The position numbers were made by a program, and so were the translations under genes. From Atractiella rhizophila (taxonomy: Eukaryota): 39,303 bases of DNA. This document shows positions 23,553 to 34,562 of the stretch, piece after piece (within the stretch, counting starts at the first letter, position 1; every line of letters begins with the position of its first letter). The stretch covers positions 1 through 39,303 of the forward strand of contig MU271613.1 of the NCBI GenBank assembly GCA_021432655.1, given 5' to 3'. The notes beneath the pieces are model-generated. The model had not been told where the DNA came from. It searched no databases and saw only the letters and a program-made list of their open reading frames with translations.

Positions 23553-26500
23553 ATGTCAGCCTCAGCCCTGCTCCTCCGCATCCTCCCCTCCTCCCTCTCC
23601 ATCCTCGACTCTCCCCTCCCGCCCCCGCATCCAACCGATCCACCCGATCTCCCTCCAGACATCAAGCTGTTGGTGGCCAGGGGACGGAAGTGGAATCATG
23701 CCGAGGCAAAGCTGAGAGAGATCTTGGGGGCGTTGGAGGAATGGATCGTGGATGAACGTGCGAGGGAAGGGAGGTGGGAGATTGCTCGCCAGCCTTGTGG
23801 TGATGAAGGTGAGGAGGAGGTGGAGATGGAGATGGAGGAGAGGGAAGAGGGCGAGGAGGAGGAGGGGTGGGTTGTGGAAGGTGAGGAGGAGGGAGAGATA
23901 GATGAGGTTCGTTCTTCTTCTTGGACCTTTTGGCTTTTTGATTTTGGAGCGAAGGATGGTTTTCTCTTCTTTTTCTTGATTCAGTCAGTGTCACTTCAGT
24001 GAACATGGTCTTTCTAAATCATTCCAACCCTGTGAGGATGTTTGCGACGTCTCATCCCATGTGCATCTATCATTGTACATCGCGAGCTGAATGACCCCTG
24101 GGATCTATCGCAGGTGTCTCTGAGATCTGCCTGCTCCTCTATGAGACAGGGAAAGGAGGAATGTAGTGTTGAGTCAGGACGATTTGACCTACACGGTCCT
24201 CCGCACTCTCTGACACTTTTTCTTCTAATTCGTATATATTCTTTCACCCAGCAGTTTTTCAGGCGACAGGCAGGCTCGCAGCATGTGAGTAATAGCCGCC
24301 ATAAATATCATGCCAGTAAATTGAACACTACTGCCGTAGAGATCAAAGAGGCCGCAGCATGCAGAAAGGAGAGGGTTGATCTGCTTGTGCTTGCTACCCA
24401 CAGAACAGAGACGGTAAGACTGGCAGTCTTCAGGAAGCGACCTGATTATCTGACTATCTTCGTGTGCCCGTCGCAGTCTATTACCTTTGTCATTTCCGAT
24501 CCTCTTAGATTTCGAGTGTTAACGCTAACCTGTTTCAATCAGGACGAAGAACCTCAACCGTCAGTGTCGAGCCCAGTTATAGCACCCAAAGAACAAACAC
24601 TCCAACCCAACCTACACTATGGGGAGCCGATCGCCTCAACCTCGAAGCAACAGGCTGCATCGAGCCCTCAACGACCACCCCCAACCCACGCCCCAGCTTC
24701 CACAACCAAAGCGTTCAGCACCCTCGCCACTCCTCCGTCTCAACCCCCCGTCGTCTTCCCTCCCACCACACTCCGCCACCCTCGTTCTCCCGCCTTCTAC
24801 GGAAACATCGATAAACCGTCGGCTGGAACAGCTAGGGATGCTTGGTCCGCTCCTAGAGGTTCGATCGACCTTCGGAGATCTTCTGTCGATGGCTTGAATC
24901 CTTTCACACTTTCTGCAGCTCAGACCGTTCCAACCATTACACCCACGATCCCTCCTCCTCATGATGAGGACGAGGTCGCAGAGAGGGAGAAAGTGGCGGC
25001 TGCGTTGAAAGCATCTTTGTTGCTGAGACGGAAGGCACAATCACAATCGCACGAGAAAGGCAGTCAGGTGGAAGCTACTAAGAAATCAGTCGGAGATGTC
25101 GTGATGGAGGAGGTCAATGACGGTACTGGCGAGCATGGACCACCTCGAATAAGACGGTCTCCCTCCGTCGAGATCATCATTGGGCAATCAGCCGGTGGTG
25201 GCTCCAACAAGGAGTCAGCTCTCCGCTCCGTGCTCAAGCAACGCGCAACCCGACTGCCCAAGCGGTCGACTTCCCCTTCCCTTCCCAATACAACAACTGT
25301 GTCAAATGGAACCCTTTCGCCTCTCGCGCACTCTTTTGTCCCCAAGCGAAAGCCGAGCGAGGAGCTGCGAGAGGAGGTGAAGAGGAAGAAAGTAGGTTCG
25401 GGACTATCGGAAGAAGAGTTGAAGGAGAAGATCAGGCTGCTCAGGGAACAAATCGCTGCGAGAGAGGGGAAAGGGAAAGGGAAGGAGGTGGACGTTGGTG
25501 GGGGTGCAGAGTTTAATCAGGCAGCGGCTGAGAGTTGGCTCAAAGAGCTACAGGCGGAATTCGCAACTTCGAAACGTTCACGACCAGTCACTCCACCGCC
25601 AACGGAGAGTGTTGTTCCTGCCCCTGAAGAGACAGAACATGTACCCTCGCCTCCACTCACGCCGGTTCATACCCCTACCCCACCTGTACAGACTGAACAG
25701 GCTGAATCCGAACTCCGAGAAACATCGGACGTGGAAATGAACGACGTCGATTCGCAACTGAAGGATTCGGTTCCTGAAGCTCCTAAACATGACGTTCCAC
25801 CTGTGTCTCAAACTGTTGTCCAAGCTAACGAGTCGAAGCAACCAGTTCTCCTTGTAGTGAAGACCGAACCCACAAATGAAGTGCCATCGGCGGAGAGCAA
25901 GCCACCAGACAAAGTTTCCTTCAAGCTGAAGACTCCCGTTCCGCCAACTGCCAATAACAAGCAGGTCCTGCCCACCTTTCAGGAGAAGAAGCTCACGAAG
26001 AAGGAGAGGAAAGCGGCGAGGAAGAAAGAAAGGGAAGAAAAGGCGAAGGAGGAGGCACTCGCGAATGTGAAGGAGGTTCGCTCGTCACCTTTCCTTCGAG
26101 ATCACCTCTGACGCGAGCCTCACAGCACAATGCGAAAGCCGCAAAGGCGGCAAAGAAGAAGAATCCTCCGCCTCCACCTCGGAACGACTTCTTTCCGCTC
26201 CCTGGACCGCCGCCGATGTCTCGGAATGGCTTGTTCTCATCACTCATGTTGACGCCATGTCGATGGGGTTTGTGGCTCGCTCATACTTCAACGCGGAACC
26301 GAGACTAATTGTGTGATGTAGGATCGGAATGTTCGAACAATGCGTCAGTATTCTGTATCACTACGGCAATGTGACTTACGGTTCTTGAAGCTGTCAATAT
26401 GGTCACCCTTCCTTTGCTGCTCGTGGTATGCAATTGGTATGCTCAGTTCGTCTTCCATTTGCTGCTTTATTGATAAGTTCTGAGTAGGTTGCCATGATCA

Positions 26501-26936
26501 ATTCCATCGATGCTGTGTGCATGGTCGGGGACATGTGCGTGGATACGCATTGCAACCTCGCTCACAGGAGCCCAGCTGCGATTGCTGAGTCGCTTGCAAG
26601 TATGTCCATCTGTCTAAGCGCGAACGTCTCCATCTTACATTCTATCCGTCCCGGCTGCAGCCAGTAACAAAAAGAGTGGCCAGAGGGTGCCTTGTCGGAA
26701 TGGGAACATGTGCACCCGCCCCAATTGCCATTTTACTCAGTTCGTCCTGCTGGACTCCATTAATCCTTGTTATCTAATAGATTTGCGCTTAGCCCGCCGC
26801 CATGTGGCTTTGGGACGAATTGCTCAAACCGTGAGTGTTCGCCTTGGTTCTACAAACATGACTTATGTGACGTTTAGCGCTCTGCATTTACACTCATCCA
26901 TCTCGTCCCGGAGCGTCCTTTCTTCTAGATATATTG
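23553..26936 (+). CDS. Large Pro/Lys-rich protein with four C-terminal Nab2-type CCCH zinc fingers (C-x5-C-x4-C-x3-H); linkage of exon 1 and exact 3' end uncertain
   Basis: Spliced fingers: CRWGSECSNNACQYGH, CMVGDMCVDTHCNLAH, CRNGNMCTRPNCHFTH, CGFGTNCSNPLCIYTH. The large exon starts at 24543 after a GCTAAC branch point and CAG. Exon 1 (23553-23906) is phase-compatible. Confidence 0.7.
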
Positions 26937-27639
26937 GTGCGCCGATTTCTCCTTTTTTTTTTTCTTTGTACTTTTCTTCTCTCTCTCTCCTAATACACTC
27001 TGTCGTTGTATTAGGTTAGGTGCGTCATCCTTTCCTCCCCTTCTAATTTCCCCTTTTATAGGTCAAGGATGCTAACATTTTACTCGTCAACGAAGTGATC
27101 CAGATATGATCCAGATATGAACAGCAGGTTATGCGGTTCCCGTAATCGTTTCAACGAGAGAATGTATGGAAAAAGGAAAAGAAAAGAGGAACGAATAAAG
27201 GAAAATCGAGCGGGATCAGGAGATCGCTGTCATCGTCAACGATGGTCATAGACTCCTTTTTTTTATGTTTCTTGGTGGGATTCGTTTGTATGCATATTCT
27301 GTCTCAATCGTTTGCCCATGGTTTGTCTGTCAAATCGACTTTTCCTGCTCCTCAAGCAAGAGCAACAAAGGAATCGTCAGCATTTCGTTTTATGTCTTAA
27401 TACATGCTATCGCATGTAATAGATCATTTCACCCACAACTGCTACGTGCATGTTCCGCAACATCCCAAGCAACCTTGAGGCTTTGTTCTGAGCTTGAACT
27501 GTCTCGAAATGTACGGCACGTGACATTCCAGGAAGCGAACCAAACGTTAAACCTTGTCCGTTGTTCTGAAAACAAGCCTCGAACAACCATCCCCAAACGG
27601 CTGTTGAACTCATTTTCGCATCATCCGCCACCATAGACC

Positions 27640-28378
27640 ATGTCTCTCATATCCATCCACGAAATCAAACCTTTAGGTGCAAATCCTGCACCATTCTCCA
27701 CGCCGATCCAGTTCTCCATTACTTTCTCATCTTTGAGCCCCAAAGAACTGCCTCACGATTTGGAGTGGCAGTTGATCTATATTGGAGATCCTAAAAGTAC
27801 GTTTACAAGCTGTTTTGGACAATTCTGAGCATTTTTGACGCGTTTGACGCGTAGATTCTCCCTCTTGCGATCAGGTCCTCGATGAGATCGCAGTTGGACC
27901 TGTTCCTACCGGAGCGAACAGCTTTGTTTTCGATGTGCGTTCCATTGCTCCTGCGCGTTATAGGCGCTTGTTGATGGCACTGACGATATGCAAGTGCCAA
28001 GCGCCAGACCCCAAGAAGGTCCCCAACGAACATCTCCTGGGAGTATCTGTGCTCCTTGTCACCGCCTCGTACAAAGGTCAGGCATTCGTAAAAGTAGGAT
28101 ACTATGTGGAGATCACGTATGATAACGAGGAGTTGAACGCGATTGTCGTTTGTCCCCCAACACCATCTCGTATTGCTGTTACCTTCCTTTGCTGACATGG
28201 CATCATTGAGCTCAGAACGATCCAGAGCAGCCAAACCCTGAGCCTCCTCTTTACGACAGGCTTGTCAGAAATATCACGATGATTGAAGACCCTAGAGTCA
28301 CTCAGGTTACCATTGATTGGTGAGCTGGTCCTTTCCCGGCAAACTGATCTAAAAGAATCTGCCTCTAGGAGCGATTGA
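27640..28378 (+). CDS. ASF1: Histone H3-H4 chaperone ASF1 family protein, ~166 aa, 5 exons, no acidic tail
   Basis: Exons 27640-27796, 27855-27934, 27995-28144, 28216-28319, 28369-28378 give NPAPFSTPIQFSITF, HDLEWQLIYIG, DQVLDEIAVGPVPTGANSFVF, LLGVSVLLVTASYKGQAFVKVGYYV, LVRNI...PRVTQVTIDWSD*. Confidence 0.9.
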
Positions 28379-28677
28379 GGTTAGATCAACTGTTTCTTGA
28401 AGTGTTTCGTCATCTTGTTAGCCTGGAACTGTGTGCGCCAACTTTCGACCTATCTGCAACAATGTAGTACAGCATTTCAAACAGTGGTTTCAATTTCAAT
28501 GTTAACACTAAAAATATTATAGACCACTACACAGAGGGCCAGGGATGAACAGTAGATTGAACGGGGACACGCCAGTAAAATATTAGACAAGAAAATGGGC
28601 AAAGACAAGAGCTTCTTGAAATACCGCCATCTTAACTCAACGCAATATCTAAACATTCTAAACTTTACTTTATGTAT

Positions 28678-30366
28678 TTACGCTTCCACGGACTCTGTCG
28701 ATTGAGCCTTCTTTTCTAGCTCAAAACGTAAGGACGGCTGTGGGATGTTCTGCAGTTGGACTGGCTGCTCGACGACGTCTTCCCGGCGCGCAAACGTTTC
28801 CGTGACCTATCCTTTTGTTAGCTTTGCCTTTCGAGGGATAAGTCTGATAAATAAACTCGTACCAAGACCTGACCATGAAACCGGCGACCAGAAAGATCTC
28901 CAGAACTCTGCTTGTTCCTGTCATTGCTGGAGGTACCATGCGCGCCGGAGAGTGCCGCTTCATAGAGGACGAGGACGGCCACGACATAAAGCTAGACGGA
29001 AGAACGAGAAATCGAAAGTGAGAGAATGCAATCGAAACAAAGTCGTCACACCTTAGCCACTAAGTACCCAAAGCCAGCCCAAATACCAGTTTTCTACAAT
29101 GTATCGCGTTTCAACGATGATACCAAAGAGGAAGAAAATACGCACGGGTTCGACGATGATAAGGACGAGATCGACAATCTATAGTACTATCTCAGGTTTA
29201 AGTCACAATAGTGGTAATATTCCTACCTGGCCAATGGTTGGAAGGAGCCCCGTTTCAACGGTCAGCTTTCTTTTTTCACTATAAGTTCAGGCTTTCTAGT
29301 GATATGACAACATACATGTACTGCACCAACGGAGGAGCTCAGCATTAAGCTTAAGACAAGGCAGATGATTAACGTACTCTACTAGCAGTCGTGCTCGTCT
29401 GCTGAAAGTCTGATTGACTTTTGTGCTGGTGGAGATGATAGACCATGCAAGAACAGAGTATGACATCCACAGAAGATGCACCTGGCAGCAAATTCAGCAG
29501 AAATCGTCGAAACTATCCTACACTGACTCGCGAGAGCTAAGATGCCGGGAAGAGTCAAATCAGGGAACCATTCCGGGATTGGTCTAGAACTGATTCTTGA
29601 AAAGGCTACGAATCCACCGATCTGAGGACGGAGGCTTAGTCCTCTTACTGGCACTAAGAATAAGAAGCGGCTCACAGAAACAACCATCAAACAGCCAGCG
29701 AGGCAAAGACAACTTTCTTTTGGGTGAGCACGAGGTTGTTTGTGTGTAGGACAAGCTCACGAGTAGGTGATGATTCTTGCAAGCCGGTGGAGCGAATTGA
29801 ACCGTGACATGCCCCTAAAACAAGCAGGCGTCAGCCATAGGGCAAACATCCTGAAGGAAAGACGAACTTGGTAAGTCGAACTATCCGGTGAATGTAGATC
29901 GCTTGAATGAAAATGGTAAGAATGCCTTGAAAAGTTGCAACAGGCACTAATGTTGTGGTTATTTACTGCACAAATACTTTGGACCAGAGGAGCAGGGCTT
30001 ACCAGTGGCAGAAAATGTAGGCCCAGAGAAGGTAAGAGGGCCTGTTCGAGTTGTGTCCATCTGTTGAATGAACAATATGTATTTGTTCACGCTAGAGTTC
30101 CCCAGATGTCAAACGGGAAGGCAGAGGAAAGAACAGCCATACGTGTCTCCTAGATTTATCCAGAACAAAATCGTTATGATCCACCAGGTTTTCGAGTATA
30201 CAACTCCTCGTTCATTCATGAGCCTGAAAATTGCCAGAAACTGGTGCAGAGTGATGCCAAACAGAATGAAAGTGAAGCTGCTGCCAATCATGAGCGGAAA
30301 GACCAAGCTGCGGTACTCTGCCTTAGTCCAGGGCACAAATGTTGGTTCCAGCGGTTCAGTACTCAT
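28678..30366 (-). CDS. DUF6534-like multi-pass membrane protein, paralog 2
   Basis: MSTEPLEPTFVPWTKAEYRSLVFPLMIGSSFTFILFGITLHQF; VPVATFQGILTIFIQAIYIHRIVRLTK; SVDVILCSCMVYHLHQHKSQSDFQQT; last exon VTETFARREDVVEQPV...SVEA* (stop 28678-28680). Confidence 0.78.
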
Positions 30367-31768
30367 CTTGCCACAAACGGTAGAGGAATTGAGAAATCGT
30401 CATTGACATAGACAGAGGTTTTAACGTTGGGAGAGAGAGAATTGCAAAGAAGGTGTCTCCATCCGTGCCTTATGGGTGACATTAGATCCGAGATGCGACC
30501 CATTCACAACTCAGCTGGGTTCCTAAATGGGAACAGTTCGGCGGCAGTTCAGGCTCCCCACAGTCAAAAAGAATAAGTGATGCATTACACTTCAAAATAG
30601 ACATACAAAACATGTTTGCTCAACTAATTGGTGTCACCTGGGTGTCACGTTCATCCAGTTCTGGGATCTGAGATTGACACCTGCACACGAGTGAATGTCG
30701 CGACCTCGCCGACTACAGAGCCATTCAAATGCGACGCGCGAAGACAAGTCAACTCATTCCGACTAAAACACCTCGGTTCAAGCCTGTCATCTGCGTTTGA
30801 GGTACTCATTCGGAGATCAGAGCACAATGGAAAACAGCTGACAGAATATTGCTTGACGACAAAGCTCTAAATCAAGGCATGAAGGAAGACACACGAGACC
30901 TCCCATGTCCACCGTTCTGAGGTCGACCTTCTAATGTAAGCCTCCAACCGTTTCCGGCAGGTGGACCCATCTCAGCCTGGAAGGAGAGTATGAGCGAAAG
31001 TTAGCCGGATAACATGTGAAACTATTTTCACTACGGTTAAGCTGGGTCGGGGAAGAAACAAAGTCACATCTCCTCCGGCTCCACTTCCGGATGTGAAGAG
31101 AGAAGTTGAGCGATCGACTGTCTCTCACACAGAATCGCATTCAACTGGACACGTTCCATACAACAACGGAGTAAACTGGAGCTTAGAACCTCAGAAACCT
31201 GGCATGCCACCATCTGCACACAGTCGCTTGACTTTCGCGCTCTCATCTCGTCTCAAAGGAAACTCAGAAGGCGTTCCTGGTGCTTCACCATTTTCTCCAC
31301 ATTATCGATATCCCTCAAGAAACTATCACAAGATCCTTGCGGATCCTACAATGAAACGTGACGGACCTATCTGTCTCGTCCTCATTGGCAATACAGCACC
31401 TCCCTCTCCCAAACCAATGCTTTCTGTAAGGAAATAAGCCTCCAGCTGCAAAGGAGAAGTAGTCCAAGCACCAAGCATCCCAGCATGTTACGTAAGGCGA
31501 CAACGCTAACGATTCTAACTTGGATCTCTCCAAGGATCCCTCTTTGGATGATGGACACCATGCACACTTGGTCATTGTCTACGGTTCCACTGTTTTCAGC
31601 AAACACCATTAGTTTGGTTATAACCATGTTATGATGGATAATTGGTTGATCTACAGCCGACAACACTATAACGAACGAATGCTAACAAAGACAGGAACAA
31701 TTAACCAAGGAAACCTTTTCCCTATTAACACACTACCCAGTTCCCAAGACTCAACTTCAGGCCTTCAT

Positions 31769-33460
31769 TCACGATTCCATTGACTCTACAAATTGAACAT
31801 TCTTCTCCGATACCTCAAAACGCGACGAGGGAGGTGGCATATTCTTTAGTAGCACAGGCTGCTCAATGACATCTTCTCGTCGTGATGATGTTTCCGTCAC
31901 CTGCACTCCTCATCAATTGTACTTTCCAACGATAGGACGATACGGTGAAACCCTACCAAGATGCCATGAAGCCGGCGACCAGGAATCTCTCCGGAGCTTT
32001 GCTTGTTCCTCTCATGACTGTGGCTGGAGAAACCACGGTCGCCGGAAAGTGCCGCTTCATAGAGGACAAGCACAGCGATGACATAAACCTAATAGATCCA
32101 CGAAAAGCGATGAGATGATGAACGGAAGGCACGAACATCGCACCTTAGCCAGGGGATATCCAAAGCCAGCCCAAATACCCGTTTTCTGCAATATATCGCT
32201 TTTCAACAATGATGCCAAAGAGGAAGAAATTTCGCACAGGTTTTGTGACTATGAGGAAAAGCTCGATGATCTAACACAACATCTCAGGGTCACAATGAAG
32301 GTGAGAGGAGGAATATGCTTACTTGACCAATGGTGGGAATGAGCCCCGTTTCCAGCGTTAATTTTCTTATTCACGATGAGTTTACGATTTCTGGTTTAAC
32401 ACTTTAAGACCACGTACATGTACTACACAGAGCAGAAATCAGCATCAGGCAAGTCAGAACGGAAAATTAACATACTCTAGTGGCGGTCATGTTGGTCTGC
32501 TGAAAGTCTGATTGACCTTTGTGCTGTTGCAGATGATAGACCATGCAAGAACAGAGTATAGCATCCACAGCAGATGCACCTAGCAGCAAATCAGTAGGAA
32601 ATCCTTGCAACTGGCATACACCAACCTGTTAGGGCTAAGATGCCAAAGATCCTTAACTCGGGGAACCAGTCCGGGATCGGTTTTGCTGAAACCTTTGAAA
32701 ACATGACGAATCCAACGAGCTGAAAATGCAAGCTTAACACTCGTACTGCAAATAATGAGCGTCTCACAGAAGCAATCATTAAACCACCAGCGATCCAAAG
32801 TAATCTTTTTCCAAGTCTAGTATCAGTATGGCCGTTTCTGTCTGCATTGAAGCAGCTCACGTGTAGGTGACGATCCTGGCAGGTCGACGAAGCGAATGGA
32901 ACTTTGACATGCCCCTATAAGAATTAGTCATTAGACGTCAAGTTATGTTTAGAAGAACAAATGTACTTGGTGAGTCGGACGATCCGGTGAATGTAGATCG
33001 CTTGGACAAGGAGGGTGACAATTCCTTGAAAGATTGCAACGGGAACTACATGTCATCGTCACTTGGTCGTGATACTTTCGACCAGCAGAGCAGGACTGAC
33101 CAGTGGCAGAAGCAGGATGCCCCAACAGAAAAATAGGACCCGTCCGAGTCGTGTCCATGTTTTGAATGAACAATACGTATTTATTCGCCCTACATTCCAA
33201 GGTTTTGACACATGGACAGGAGGAGAGAGAAAACTGTACGTGTCTCCAAGATTTATCCAGAACAAGGTGGTGATGATCCACCATGATTTTGTGTATACGG
33301 CTCCTCGCTCATTCAAGAGTCTGTAAATTGCCAGGAACTGGTGCAAAGTTATACCAAAGAGGATGAAGGTGAAGCTGCCACCAATCATGAGCGGGTAAAT
33401 GTGAGTGCGGTAGAGGTCCTTCGTCCATGGCACAAACTGTTCTACAGGCTCGCCGCTCAT
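31769..33460 (-). CDS. DUF6534-like multi-pass membrane protein, paralog 3 (tandem duplicate of paralog 2)
   Basis: MSGEPVEQFVPWTKDLYRTHIYPLMIGGSFTFILFGITLHQF; same intron positions as paralog 2 where checked; last exon VTETSSRREDVIEQPV...SMES* (stop 31769-31771). Confidence 0.78.
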
Positions 33461-34461
33461 TTTGCCACAAGAGGTAGATCACTTCAGAACGCAGCCCGGT
33501 TCCCCAAATGAAATGAATGTGAGAGGTTCGGCGCCCCAAGCAATGAGCTTACCCCACAGACGAAACAAAACCGATGCTTCTAACGAGTCATGGCAAAGCT
33601 ATCTTTGATTAAATTTGGTGCTTTGATGAACTTAACATTTACGTCAAGTGTTGCTTCACTTGGTTCTGACGACAAACGATGCGGGGAGAGTCCCGACGTG
33701 TCTACATTACCATTCAAATTTGCGACGCACATGAAGAAAGCATTCAACTCATTCCGACTAAAGGACCACGGCTGAAGGTGAAGATCCCCATTTGGAGATT
33801 GGAGATCGCACAATGGAAGACAGCTGATAGCAAATTGATTGACGACAAAGCTCCAAACCAAAGCACGAGGGATGTCACATGAGACACCAATCAGCCCAAC
33901 ATTCTTTGCTGAGTTCATCGTTCTACTTTCAAGCTTCCATCAGTTTAAGGTAGATAGCACGGTGTTCCTATCTTGGCCGCACGGGATGCTGAAAGCGAAA
34001 GGTAGCCGGACATATTGGAACGGTCACCAGCTCGAAGGGGATAGAGAGATTTTCGATTATCGAATTATCTCTCTTCACATGCACCGAATCTCATCCGCTT
34101 ACTTCAGACGCGTTCCGTGAGAAACAGCTGGAGCTGTGCTGGAGCTGGAGCTCAGAACCTGAGAAACTCAACGTTGACTCCCGTCACAAGTTGTAGGCTT
34201 CCTCTCAGATGCCAGAATCAGTGTTAGCAACATAATGCCGCAACATACTTTCTCTTCTCCACACCGTCCCTCGAGGTCTCCAGGCCTTCAAGTGCGACTA
34301 CTCATGGGAAATTGTATTGACGAACCATTTCTGTAGTATCTCATCCTGACCGACCCTAGACCCAGGACAATCCATTATGAAGAGATAAAAATCCATTTCT
34401 TACTAGCAGCGTCCCTCCTTCGCGATGGCATGGAATTTTTTTTCAAGGGTTGAGGCAGAAC

Positions 34462-34484
34462 ACGCGACGCAACACGTGACGCGT
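34462..34484 (+). promoter_or_regulatory. MCB-like (ACGCGA, ACGCGT) plus E-box (CACGTGAC) cluster upstream of FEN1
   Basis: ACGCGA 34462-34467, CACGTG 34473-34478 and ACGCGT 34479-34484, 80-100 nt before the FEN1 ATG. MCB elements are typical of MBF-regulated G1/S replication genes in fungi. Confidence 0.55.
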
Positions 34485-34562
34485 TCAAGCAAACGGACGC
34501 AAGTTGAAGTTGAAGTCTGGCAGCCAAATCATTGACGAGCACGTCCCCTTCCTTTATTAAGC

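Larger units (their letters stand above)
28678..34168. repeat. Diverged direct tandem duplication: ~28680-31200 vs ~31770-34168
   Basis: Collinear shared blocks in coding and upstream DNA, e.g. CAACTCATTCCGACTAAA (~30750 / ~33744), GCACAATGGAA.ACAGCTGA (~30822 / ~33808), GACGACAAAGCTC (~30855 / ~33841), CTGGAGCT.AGAACCT.AGAAAC (~31176 / ~34145). Confidence 0.85.

Noticed and set aside
31200..31760. Possible small gene between the duplicated units
   Set aside because: Only short ORFs with no recognisable motif or convincing splice pattern; probably 3' UTR or intergenic DNA.
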